A stretch of 64,000 bases of DNA. Source: an uncultured virus (IMG/VR IMGVR_UViG_3300032136_000003) (lineage: Duplodnaviria; Heunggongvirae; Uroviricota; Caudoviricetes). The translations under genes and the position numbers were made by a program. Location: the IMG/VR virus record IMGVR_UViG_3300032136_000003; one strand, written 5' to 3'. Below are positions 1-7,423 of this stretch, in pieces. The stretch's first letter is position 1, and each line of letters begins with the position of its first letter. The notes beneath the pieces were generated by a model. The model was not told the origin of the DNA. It was given only the letters and a program-made list of their open reading frames with translations, and did not search any database.

Positions 1-79
1 ACGCAGGTCGGTACAAGGTTAGCTACACCTCGTAACACGTTCCAGCGCAACACGTTAAGTTGGTACAGGAAACAGTGTA

Positions 80-259
80 TTATCGTAACTTGCTATCTTG
101 CAACTGCTTACGACTTCTCTTCCATTCACGTAATCTCTTACGATAAATGGGGGCACAGTACTTACACACTTCTTTAGATCCGTTCAATACTTCTGGGTCG
201 GCTCTAAACTCTTTTATGTCTCTAAGTTTGCTGCAGGCAATGCATCTTCTGGTGCTCAT
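80..259 (-). CDS. small CxxC...CxxC zinc-finger protein (59 aa, not in ORF track)
   Basis: Translated by hand: MSTRRCIACSKLRDIKEF...VCKYCAPIYRKRLREWK...; AGAGG SD upstream; downstream of a sigma70-like promoter. Confidence 0.6.
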   Translation of the reverse strand: MSTRRCIACSKLRDIKEFRADPEVLNGSKEVCKYCAPIYRKRLREWKRSRKQLQDSKLR

Positions 260-358
260 AATAACCTCTACTAGTTATATCTACGTATTGAGGACAAGAA
301 GCAGAGTGAGCGTAGAAGTCTCACCTTTTCAGACCATGAATCCTAGCTTCTATTAAAC

Positions 359-387
359 AATTTACTAAACTAATAACGATTTGTCAA
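359..387 (-). promoter_or_regulatory. sigma70-like promoter (leftward)
   Basis: Minus strand TTGACA-17 nt-TAAATT. Confidence 0.65.
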
Positions 388-399
388 CAATTTATATTC

Positions 400-490
400 G
401 ATTCACCCACCCAGGTTTGTCATGGGACCTGCTCCTGCGATTCCTAATTTATTCGGGATTATGCGGATCGCTGGTGGGTGAATCCTTTTT
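400..490 (+). ncRNA. helix-closed structured RNA element
   Basis: GATTCACCCACC (400-411) pairs perfectly with GGTGGGTGAATC (473-484); two internal hairpins; T-run after. Confidence 0.5.
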
Positions 491-587
491 AAACCTCACC
501 AGCCTAAAGGAAGACTGGCGCTCTTCCCCCCTTTTAAATACTAACAGTTAAACAATAAGTAGATTATATTATGAGGAGGCTTTACAT

Positions 588-800
588 ATGGCTGTAATAC
601 GAATACGAGTACCATCTAAGGACTGCACGTGCCTCGGGTGCGTGTATAACAACAACCCAGTTGCCTGTCACAACGCGCCAAGGTGCGAAGATTCAACGGG
701 CAGCTACAACTATGTGGAGAAAAACAACTATGAGAAGAAAAACAATACCGAAGGTAATTTTAGTGCCTTCAGACGACGGCTGCGGCGGGTGCTTGTATGA
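588..800 (+). CDS. small Cys-rich hypothetical protein
   Basis: GAGGAGG SD; CxGC motif. Confidence 0.6.
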   Translation: MAVIRIRVPSKDCTCLGCVYNNNPVACHNAPRCEDSTGSYNYVEKNNYEKKNNTEGNFSAFRRRLRRVLV

Positions 801-900
801 GCACGACAGGGACGGCTGCATTGAAGCCGACGACTGCTTCAACGAGAAATATTTACAAGAATGTATATTTGTTAAAGCGGAGGACAAAGAAGATGAGTAA
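730..900 (+). CDS. small Cys-rich acidic hypothetical protein
   Basis: ATG 730 after GGAG; CGGCLY resembles CLGCVY of the preceding gene. Confidence 0.5.
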   Translation: MRRKTIPKVILVPSDDGCGGCLYEHDRDGCIEADDCFNEKYLQECIFVKAEDKEDE

Positions 901-1102
901 GGTATTAAGATTTGAAACCATATGCGGGGTTAGTACGCGTACAGTAACGATACATGCGTCCAACGTCTTCTTAGAGCGTAAGGAAATGCCAGACGGCGTA
1001 TATAAATATTACGTCTTTGTAATACCTGAGGCGGAGGACTCTTCGTGGTACGCAATAGACGCAGAGACATATAATCGTCTCGACCGCGAAATGGATCACT
1101 GA
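893..1102 (+). CDS. hypothetical protein
   Basis: GGAGG SD before ATG 893 (internal start of ORF 797..1102). Confidence 0.6.
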   Translation: MSKVLRFETICGVSTRTVTIHASNVFLERKEMPDGVYKYYVFVIPEAEDSSWYAIDAETYNRLDREMDH

Positions 1103-1192
1103 TTACACGGGGTGCGCTAACGTCAACTCCTAGCACATCGCGTTCCTCGGCTCCCCGGCTCTCCGGGCCCCGTTCCCCGTTCCAAGCTTAAA

Positions 1193-1219
1193 GGTGAGGT
1201 AGCTCCTCACCCCCTTTTT
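1193..1219 (+). terminator. intrinsic terminator-like hairpin
   Basis: GGTGAGG-TAGCT-CCTCACC followed by CCC-TTTTT. Confidence 0.55.
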
Positions 1220-1226
1220 ATAAAAC

Positions 1227-1449
1227 AAAGCAACAGTGGCGGAAGATAGACGCTACAGTACCAGATAATCTTAAGTAAGGGTGATGCCTGAAAAAGAGAT
1301 TTGCCGAGTAACTTCGGAATTGTTTGCCGCATCTAGTAGAGGGTTCATCACCCCCACGGATCAATGGCATCGATTAAAACTGTCTGGAATTAGGCTCTGT
1401 CCGCGGAGGGCAGTAGGCCGTGCAGGTATCGAATCCTGTCTGTTGCTTT
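1227..1449 (+). ncRNA. tRNA-like RNA with about 115-nt insertion in the anticodon arm
   Basis: 10-bp terminal helix AAAGCAACAG/CTGTTGCTTT; Leu-type D arm TGGCGGAAGATAGACGC; long variable arm; T arm GCAGG-TATCGAAT-CCTGT. Confidence 0.7.
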
Positions 1450-1471
1450 CGTTTTACCTATTTTGATTTAT

Positions 1472-1543
1472 GGCAATAGGTAGGATGCGATACGCAGTGT
1501 AGTACTATAGATACACGTAAGTCAACGCATCCTGCCTGTTGCT
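1472..1543 (+). ncRNA. minihelix-like RNA sharing the 3' end of the tRNA-like family
   Basis: GGCAATAGGTAGGATGCG pairs with CGCATCCTGCCTGTTGCT (18 bp incl. G-U); 3' tail matches those ending at 1449 and 2128. Confidence 0.6.
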
Positions 1544-1555
1544 TTCATTTTTTGT

Positions 1556-1649
1556 GAGGATTCTGGCTCTGAACGCGCTATCGTGCGCGGTTATCTGACA
1601 ATAGCGAGGCTTAGTATGTCAGTACTGTAGCTGATTCAACCAGATCCTC
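1556..1649 (+). ncRNA. helix-closed multi-branch RNA element
   Basis: GAGGATTCTGG/CCAGATCCTC terminal helix; internal CGCGC/GTGCG and CTGACA/TGTCAG hairpins; T-run flanks. Confidence 0.5.
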
Positions 1650-1681
1650 CTCATTTTTATCAACACTAACGAGGAGAAATA

Positions 1682-1840
1682 ATGGCAACCTTATTAACTA
1701 TTATAGCCGGAGGGGCTATCGGCTTGGGGGCTGCACTGTTGACCGACCGTCCTATGAAAACACTAGGATATGCACTGTATGCCTGGGGCATAATAGGGAT
1801 ACTCCTGATACAGGGTGCGCGCCTGCTTGGTAGAATATAA
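1682..1840 (+). CDS. small two-helix membrane protein (52 aa, not in ORF track)
   Basis: GAGGAG SD; MATLLTIIAGGAIGLGAALLTDRPMKTLGYALYAWGIIGILLIQGARLLGRI. Confidence 0.7.
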   Translation: MATLLTIIAGGAIGLGAALLTDRPMKTLGYALYAWGIIGILLIQGARLLGRI

Positions 1841-1846
1841 CTTACA

Positions 1847-1873
1847 GCCGGGATAGTGACCCGGCCCATTTTT
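1847..1873 (+). terminator. repeated GCCGG hairpin, copy 1
   Basis: GCCGGG-ATAGTGA-CCCGGC then CCATTTTT; near-identical at 4318 and 5122. Confidence 0.6.
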
Positions 1874-1876
1874 ATT

Positions 1877-1992
1877 ATGTACAGAGTGACTCAACGAGTT
1901 GTTGCGGTGAGGAGCCTGTGAGAGTGTGGGCGCGTCCACATAAGTTCTCGAAGTTATGGGGTGGTTGTGGTGGTCATCCTCACTCTGTACAT
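1877..1992 (+). ncRNA. helix-closed structured RNA element
   Basis: 13-bp perfect terminal helix ATGTACAGAGTGA/TCACTCTGTACAT with internal hairpins. Confidence 0.55.
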
Positions 1993-2002
1993 ATTCATTT
2001 TT

Positions 2003-2128
2003 AGCAACGGTGGTGTAACAGAACACCTGGGTAACAGGCAGAGATAATAAGGGGCTCTCAAGCCTACATTAAAACTCTGACGGCCGGTTTATAAACGGAG
2101 CTGTAGGTATCGAATCCTACCCGTTGCT
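2003..2128 (+). ncRNA. tRNA-like RNA with extra arm and enlarged anticodon loop
   Basis: AGCAACGG/CCGTTGCT acceptor; D arm GTGT/ACAC; CAGAG/CTCTG stem; T arm GTAGG-TATCGAAT-CCTAC. Confidence 0.7.
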
Positions 2129-2158
2129 TTCATTTTAACAACTAACGAGGAGAACATC

Positions 2159-2425
2159 ATGGGAGACATGGCTGATATGCTGATTGCAGATGGTATGGAA
2201 TCCCTCTACAGCGGCTATATGGATTATGAAGAGGATAAATACGATCGCGTACGAAGGACGGCATCAGCTGGTGACAAATGTCACGCTTGTGATGATGGTA
2301 CTTACATTAAAAGAATAAACAGTTGCTCGGGAGTGACTTTCTTAGGTTGCAGTAGGTATCCTAAGTGCAGAAGCACAATTTCACACCGTTTTATAATAAC
2401 ACAAGGAGGATTAAATGAGTCTTAA
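2159..2425 (+). CDS. topoisomerase-type C4 zinc-ribbon protein
   Basis: CHACDDG...FLGCSRYPKCR matches the topoisomerase I C4 zinc-finger pattern. Confidence 0.65.
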   Translation: MGDMADMLIADGMESLYSGYMDYEEDKYDRVRRTASAGDKCHACDDGTYIKRINSCSGVTFLGCSRYPKCRSTISHRFIITQGGLNES

Positions 2426-4310
2426 CTACAAAGTCGGTGACCACGTTCACTACATGGCTAGCGGCCGTGACGCTGTTCTCGAGATAACTGACATTGACGA
2501 GTTTAACCAGATATATAGGATCAAACTCATCACAGACAATTTGAACGGAGAATATGACAAGAACCTTATGAATATTAAATCTCTTAAGGCGTTAGAAATG
2601 GCTTATCTTGAGAAGAACTCAGTTCTCTTGAGAAAGCCTGAACCTAAGCCTGAACCTAAGTCTAAGTATACACACAAGTTCAAAGTAGGCGATCTCGTTC
2701 ACTACTATCGAACAACAGACATGAAACGAGATGTCGTTCTGAAGATAACAGGGTTTATAGATGCTGATTATAAGGTGGCTACTGTCACAGACAAACTATA
2801 TAATTGGACTTTGAAATCCATATCAAGCGGGTGTTTAGATAAATTTGGTACTCGCATAGACGAGCCTGAACCTAAGCCTAAAGCTGAATACAAGTTCAAA
2901 ATAGGCGATTGCGTTCATTACTATCGAACAACGAACAAAAACAGAGACGTCGTTCTGAAGATAGAGGGTTTTATGAAGGCCGATTATAAAGTGTCTGTTG
3001 TCGAAGACAAACTAAATAATTGGACTATGAAATCCATTTTACGCTCGTGCTTAAATAAGTTTGGTACTCGAGTAAACGAGCCCAAGCCTGAACCTAAGCC
3101 TAAAGAGACGCATCACAAATTCAAAGTAGGAGATCGTATTCTGTTTAGTGACTCCGAGTTGCATGGTGAACTAGAAGTACTCGATATCTGTTATAACAAT
3201 AACAATTCAGGTACTAAGTTAATGTACGCTCTGAAACTCATAGCTGACTATTCTGATCACGACTTTAGCATAGTCGACTCTTCAACGTATGGAGGGACTG
3301 CAAGGTTTAATCGATACGTGTCTTACATAGACCGTCACTCTAGTCTGATAGCTAATCCTGAACCTAAGCCTAAGCCTAAGCCTAGGTTCAAGTACAAAGC
3401 AGGCGATCGTGTGCGGTTTCAAACCGCCGACAGAGACGCTGTCTTTGCGGTAAATGGTACCTACGGAAGTGAGGGCGATTATAATTATCACCTCCAGTTC
3501 ATTGAAGACTTCTATACAGGAGGCTTCAAGCCTCCCCCTGTGACTGATATAAACTATCTCGAAGCGAATTACTTAGAACGTAATTCTACTTTGTACAACG
3601 AAGCGCCTATGCCTGTGCCTGAAACTTCTTTCAAGAGCATAGACAAGTCTTGGCATTTGAAACAGGTAGAGGCTGTCTTAAAGAAGGGCTCAAACACCCC
3701 TAGACATGTCCAAGGTATGCTGTACATGGGTAAATATGGTGCGGCGTACTTGTTACATAACTACGGGGACTTCGTCAACGGATTCGAACCTATAGACAAA
3801 GACTATAGAGCAGGGGGGTGGAGAGACAAATACGCAGGCTCGTGGCATATAGGCTCAGTAAAAGAGGGTCTAGACCATCAATACTGTGACAGCATCAAAC
3901 TCATCGATAATCAAAACACGGAAGGTGAAGTATCTTCCACAACAACCAAAGAAGGAGAACCTAACATGTCAAAGATTAACATCAAGAAATTAGACAAGGC
4001 CCTAGCCGTAGCGAGGGACACACACAAAGCAGCAATAGAAGATTCACAGAAGGCCGCGAAAGTCGAAGCATTGGCTCTTGTAGAAAAGTTCTTCGAAAAG
4101 CAAGGCGCTGCCGTGCAGACTGAAGAGAAGGTGCTAGTTAGCACATCATCAGTAACATGTTCCGATTTCGACGACCTCAGAGCCCAGCTGGCCCTGTTGG
4201 ACGGCGATAGCGTCGACTCATCAGAGTTGATAAAGAACCCATTCACATTGATCAAGAACGCAGGCGCCTTGAACTCAGAGAAAAGGCACATTTCCATAAG
4301 TTCGTTCTAA
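2415..4310 (+). CDS. multidomain protein with five KOW/SH3-like repeats joined by PEPKPKP linkers
   Basis: Five (Y/F)KxGDxx modules separated by Pro/Lys/Glu linkers; strong SD. Confidence 0.7.
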   Translation: MSLNYKVGDHVHYMASGRDAVLEITDIDEFNQIYRIKLITDNLNGEYDKNLMNIKSLKALEMAYLEKNSVLLRKPEPKPEPKSKYTHKFKVGDLVHYYRTTDMKRDVVLKITGFIDADYKVATVTDKLYNWTLKSISSGCLDKFGTRIDEPEPKPKAEYKFKIGDCVHYYRTTNKNRDVVLKIEGFMKADYKVSVVEDKLNNWTMKSILRSCLNKFGTRVNEPKPEPKPKETHHKFKVGDRILFSDSELHGELEVLDICYNNNNSGTKLMYALKLIADYSDHDFSIVDSSTYGGTARFNRYVSYIDRHSSLIANPEPKPKPKPRFKYKAGDRVRFQTADRDAVFAVNGTYGSEGDYNYHLQFIEDFYTGGFKPPPVTDINYLEANYLERNSTLYNEAPMPVPETSFKSIDKSWHLKQVEAVLKKGSNTPRHVQGMLYMGKYGAAYLLHNYGDFVNGFEPIDKDYRAGGWRDKYAGSWHIGSVKEGLDHQYCDSIKLIDNQNTEGEVSSTTTKEGEPNMSKINIKKLDKALAVARDTHKAAIEDSQKAAKVEALALVEKFFEKQGAAVQTEEKVLVSTSSVTCSDFDDLRAQLALLDGDSVDSSELIKNPFTLIKNAGALNSEKRHISISSF

Positions 4311-4317
4311 ACTTAAT

Positions 4318-4344
4318 GCCGGAGTAGTGCTCCGGCCCATTTTT
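4318..4344 (+). terminator. repeated GCCGG hairpin, copy 2
   Basis: GCCGGAGTAGTGCTCCGGC then CCATTTTT. Confidence 0.6.
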
Positions 4345-4355
4345 CGATTTTAATT

Positions 4356-4439
4356 TCCGGGCGTGGTAAGCATTGACTTGACTTATCCTGAGCCCCGATG
4401 ACGTCGGGGGCCAGCTAGGTGAAAGACCTAGGCGTCGGG
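4356..4439 (+). ncRNA. three-arm tRNA-like RNA
   Basis: Imperfect terminal helix; GGTAAG/CTTATC arm; CCCCGAT/GTCGGGG arm; 5-bp/7-nt-loop T-like arm CTAGG-TGAAAGA-CCTAG next to the 3' strand. Confidence 0.5.
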
Positions 4440-4470
4440 TCTATTTATTAACAACTAACAAGGAATTAAT

Positions 4471-4719
4471 ATGGACATTATCGGCGAAGTACACGAAAAG
4501 TATAAAGACTTTATGTTGGACACTCCCCACGGAATGGGGCGCTCTCCTAATCTGTTATTGATGCCCCACGGCTTCATGCATGGATGGGTTGAAAAAATTA
4601 GGGGGCTACAGGGCTCGCGTTCCATTGAACTTATCAACACGTATATGGGAATGGACGTGGTACCCGTAGATATTAACGAGATAATTGTATGTTACAGAGT
4701 AAAAGGGGGAGACAAGTAG
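4471..4719 (+). CDS. hypothetical protein
   Basis: AAGGA SD in repeated leader. Confidence 0.65.
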   Translation: MDIIGEVHEKYKDFMLDTPHGMGRSPNLLLMPHGFMHGWVEKIRGLQGSRSIELINTYMGMDVVPVDINEIIVCYRVKGGDK

Positions 4720-5115
4720 ATGAAAAGAAAAACTAAACAAGTAAGCGACTGGATGTATTATGACCCTATATTAGAAGAGTTCTGTTTAGGGTTCCACGGT
4801 ATGTGTCTCAGCGGTATCCGAGAAGTCGTAGAACTTCCAGCGGGTACTCAGGCTATCAGGATTCACGTAAGCACAAAGAAGCAACATCCTCAGGATTTGT
4901 GGATTGATGTTGCTACTGAGCGCCACGGCAAGAAATCGAAATATAGCTGGCATCGAGTGCTTGATGCCGAGTCTTGCCGAAGCGGTGACTGGGCAATGCC
5001 GTTAGAAAGTACTCTCACTTATGGACTATTAGATTTACTGATCGGAGACTTGATTCCCTTAGACGACAGCTTATTCGAATTCACAAGACTATACTACCAC
5101 ATCGAATACAAATAA
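4720..5115 (+). CDS. hypothetical protein
   Basis: Abuts upstream stop; GGGGGAG SD. Confidence 0.65.
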   Translation: MKRKTKQVSDWMYYDPILEEFCLGFHGMCLSGIREVVELPAGTQAIRIHVSTKKQHPQDLWIDVATERHGKKSKYSWHRVLDAESCRSGDWAMPLESTLTYGLLDLLIGDLIPLDDSLFEFTRLYYHIEYK

Positions 5116-5121
5116 CTTACA

Positions 5122-5148
5122 GCCGGAGTAGTGCTCCGGCCCACTTTT
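5122..5148 (+). terminator. repeated GCCGG hairpin, copy 3
   Basis: GCCGGAGTAGTGCTCCGGC then CCACTTTT. Confidence 0.6.
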
Positions 5149-5152
5149 ATTT

Positions 5153-5248
5153 AGAGAGTAGGCCATAAAAGCGTCTTCGGACGTAGGCTGATCGTAAGGG
5201 GCCTGCCTTGTGGGATATCGTGCCCTGAAAAACCCACACCTACTCTCT
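5153..5248 (+). ncRNA. helix-closed multi-branch RNA with cUUCGg tetraloop
   Basis: AGAGAGTAGG/CCTACTCTCT terminal helix; GCGTC-TTCG-GACGT; GTGGG/CCCAC arm. Confidence 0.55.
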
Positions 5249-5280
5249 TTCACTTTATTAACAACTAACAAGGAATTAAT

Positions 5281-5481
5281 ATGTCTATAGAACTAAAATC
5301 AGTGATGAGCCTCGAACTAGAAAACAGGGATGGCGGACTGCTTCTTTGCGAAGATGAGGATAATAACTGTTACCTCGTGCTCGAGGCTGACACGTTTCTC
5401 AATAAGGAAGTGTTTAAGGACCTAGGAAGTACGGAGCACATAGCTATATCTAGAGAAGCCTTCGACGCTTTGTCAAGTTAA
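5281..5481 (+). CDS. small acidic hypothetical protein
   Basis: Same leader as 4471. Confidence 0.65.
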   Translation: MSIELKSVMSLELENRDGGLLLCEDEDNNCYLVLEADTFLNKEVFKDLGSTEHIAISREAFDALSS

Positions 5482-5503
5482 CTAAACAAAATAGGAGAAA
5501 AAT

Positions 5504-5791
5504 ATGCCCGGTTTAATGGATGTAGTAGCACCACCGTCTGAGACCTTCGAGGATATGCTAGAAGACTTCGACTGTGCGGGTGAGAGAATATACCCAGATT
5601 GCGACAAAATGCACGTCTGTCAATGGCCTGACGGCACGTGGTGCGGCCTGGACGAGATTGACAACTATTCGTGGATGAGCGACGACTATGAAGTCATAGC
5701 CGTCGATGCGAGTACGCCTGACATAGATACTTTTCTATTTCAGAGGGCTCACGGATTGAGTATAAAACGATTCAAACAGAGGAAATCATAA
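5504..5791 (+). CDS. acidic hypothetical protein (WPDGTWC motif)
   Basis: AGGAG SD. Confidence 0.65.
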   Translation: MPGLMDVVAPPSETFEDMLEDFDCAGERIYPDCDKMHVCQWPDGTWCGLDEIDNYSWMSDDYEVIAVDASTPDIDTFLFQRAHGLSIKRFKQRKS

Positions 5792-5800
5792 ATAAAGAAT

Positions 5801-5841
5801 AGCCCCCGTTCCACGTTCCAACGATCCAGTGGAACGGGGCT
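5801..5841 (+). other. GC-rich hairpin after gene
   Basis: AGCCCC(C)GTTCCAC / GTGGAACGGGGCT. Confidence 0.5.
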
Positions 5842-5937
5842 CCTCATAACGATTTTTCAAGCTAACATTGGTTTTTAACACAAAATGCAAGGTAAATACG
5901 TGAATATTTACATAAAATACAAGGTAAAAGGAGTAAT

Positions 5938-6129
5938 ATGACACCGACAAGCAGGGCAAAAATCAGAATAATGCTTCATTGCGACAGAATAAGTCGCTTA
6001 ATATCTTCTATAGACAACTGGAATGCTATCATTAACAGGTTGTCTGACGAGGATGAAGACATAAAAGCCTTCGCAAGGCTGAGAATATCGGACCTGGAAG
6101 CCGAACTCGCTTTGTTAAAAGAAATTTGA
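5938..6129 (+). CDS. small coiled-coil hypothetical protein
   Basis: AAGGAG SD. Confidence 0.6.
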   Translation: MTPTSRAKIRIMLHCDRISRLISSIDNWNAIINRLSDEDEDIKAFARLRISDLEAELALLKEI

Positions 6130-6136
6130 TTTGTAT

Positions 6137-6211
6137 GGGGTGCGATTAGTTCAGTGGCAGAACTGTCTTTTGCGCTAGATAAGTCGCCGGTTCGATTCCG
6201 GCATCCACCCC
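6137..6211 (+). tRNA. atypical or pseudo-tRNA (anticodon ambiguous, TGC or GCG)
   Basis: D arm GTTC-AGTGGCA-GAAC; canonical T arm GCCGG-TTCGATT-CCGGC; acceptor with bulged C; 8-nt anticodon loop; no encoded CCA. Confidence 0.6.
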
Positions 6212-6319
6212 TCTTTTGATTTATTGGCTCGTCATTTATGACGAATTAAACCTGAATATTAACTTAATTCGCCATATATGTCCATATAAAGTGGACATAC
6301 GTGTGCATAAACTAGGAGT

Positions 6320-6508
6320 ATGATGATAGATATAACATTCAAAGTAGGGGTCACAGCGGCAGTGATAGCCGCGGCCTTTTTGTGCCTCACTAACGTTCTT
6401 ATTGAAATTAGAGCGAGAGATGGGGTGTGGATAACGTTCTCTTGGCTGACCATTCTGTCAACTTGTATAACGATAATCTATTTCCTCAAATGGATATGGG
6501 GGTTATGA
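6320..6508 (+). CDS. small two-TM membrane protein
   Basis: Two hydrophobic stretches; AGGAG SD. Confidence 0.65.
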   Translation: MMIDITFKVGVTAAVIAAAFLCLTNVLIEIRARDGVWITFSWLTILSTCITIIYFLKWIWGL

Positions 6509-6831
6509 TGACACTCGAAGAAGTACAGAAATTAACTGATGATGAGCTACGAATTAAAGTGGCTGAGTTATGCCCACTTAATAAATGGGCAGATTTAGAG
6601 TGGGCATTGTATCGTACTAGAACGCATACTAACCCGAACTATACCCAAGACCTCAACGCTATGCACGAGGCTGAGAAGTTACTCAACGACGTTCAATACG
6701 CAGAGTACTCTCGTTTTGTCGGCGCTGGACATACTGGAGCGCGTCACGGGCTCACTGATAAATGTGCGGCGATGTTCGCAACAGCAAGACAAAGGGCAGA
6801 AGCCTTTGTATTAACAATGGAGGAATTGTAA
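6505..6831 (+). CDS. phage protein, DLNAMHxAE family, paralog 1
   Basis: ATGA overlap; shares MTLEEVQ, DLNAMH and ATARQRAEAFVLT blocks with next gene. Confidence 0.7.
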   Translation: MMTLEEVQKLTDDELRIKVAELCPLNKWADLEWALYRTRTHTNPNYTQDLNAMHEAEKLLNDVQYAEYSRFVGAGHTGARHGLTDKCAAMFATARQRAEAFVLTMEEL

Positions 6832-7151
6832 TGACACTAGAAGAAGTACAAGCCCTCAGTGATGATGAACTAAACGCAATCATGGATGAGTTAACGGATA
6901 TTCACAAAGGATATGATTGGGTTAGAGACCTCAACGCTATGCACAAGGCTGAGCAGTCGCTTACCGGTGAACAGTTCTTGGTCTACTTGGATAACCTGAT
7001 ATCAATAACAACAGGAACCGAGACAGGAATTAAGGTAATACTTGCAACAGCGAGACAAAGGGCAGAAGCCTTTGTCTTAACTAAAGAAAATGAACGCCTC
7101 TCATCTTTGGCTGATGAAATATTGGATGAGAAAGAAACCGAAAACAAATAA
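6831..7151 (+). CDS. phage protein, DLNAMHxAE family, paralog 2
   Basis: GGAGG SD, TAATG overlap; tandem paralog. Confidence 0.7.
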   Translation: MTLEEVQALSDDELNAIMDELTDIHKGYDWVRDLNAMHKAEQSLTGEQFLVYLDNLISITTGTETGIKVILATARQRAEAFVLTKENERLSSLADEILDEKETENK

Positions 7152-7238
7152 CCACACCCCACACTATTCGGGCCCACCTATCTAAGCGGGGTTTACGCTC
7201 GTTTTCCTCGCTCGTTTGGCCCGAGTGGGGGTGGTTAT
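7148..7238 (+). ncRNA. long hairpin RNA element
   Basis: ATAACCAC/GTGGTTAT, CCCCAC/GTGGGG and TTCGGGCC/GGCCCGAG stacked helices. Confidence 0.5.
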
Positions 7239-7247
7239 CCTTTTATT

Positions 7248-7367
7248 GCAACGGAGGGGTGGCGCCCTGACAACTATTTCTCCCGCCTCTATCCCTTCTG
7301 GAAATCTCCTGCGGAGATTAAGGGGTATGCTTGCGGAGATTAGCTGTTGCCCGCCAGGGCCCGTTGC
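7248..7367 (+). ncRNA. structured RNA closed by GCAACGG/CCGTTGC
   Basis: Same terminal helix sequence as the tRNA-like RNA at 2003; GCCCTG/CAGGGC and AATCTCC/GGAGATT helices. Confidence 0.55.
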
Positions 7368-7423
7368 CCCTTTGATTTTTGTAGTGTACGAAACAATGAA
7401 ACAAAAAACTAAACAGGAGTAAT

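Noticed and set aside
1259..1372. Group I intron in tRNA-Leu(UAA)
   Set aside because: About 115 nt is too short, no P7-type core was recognised, and the insert lies 5' of an intact TAA rather than inside it
1227..1449. tmRNA
   Set aside because: Has a paired D stem, lacks the Ala acceptor identity, is short and shows no convincing tag ORF
1281..1466. ORFs 1281..1466 and 7216..7422 as proteins
   Set aside because: Non-ATG starts with weak or no SD that run across structured RNA elements
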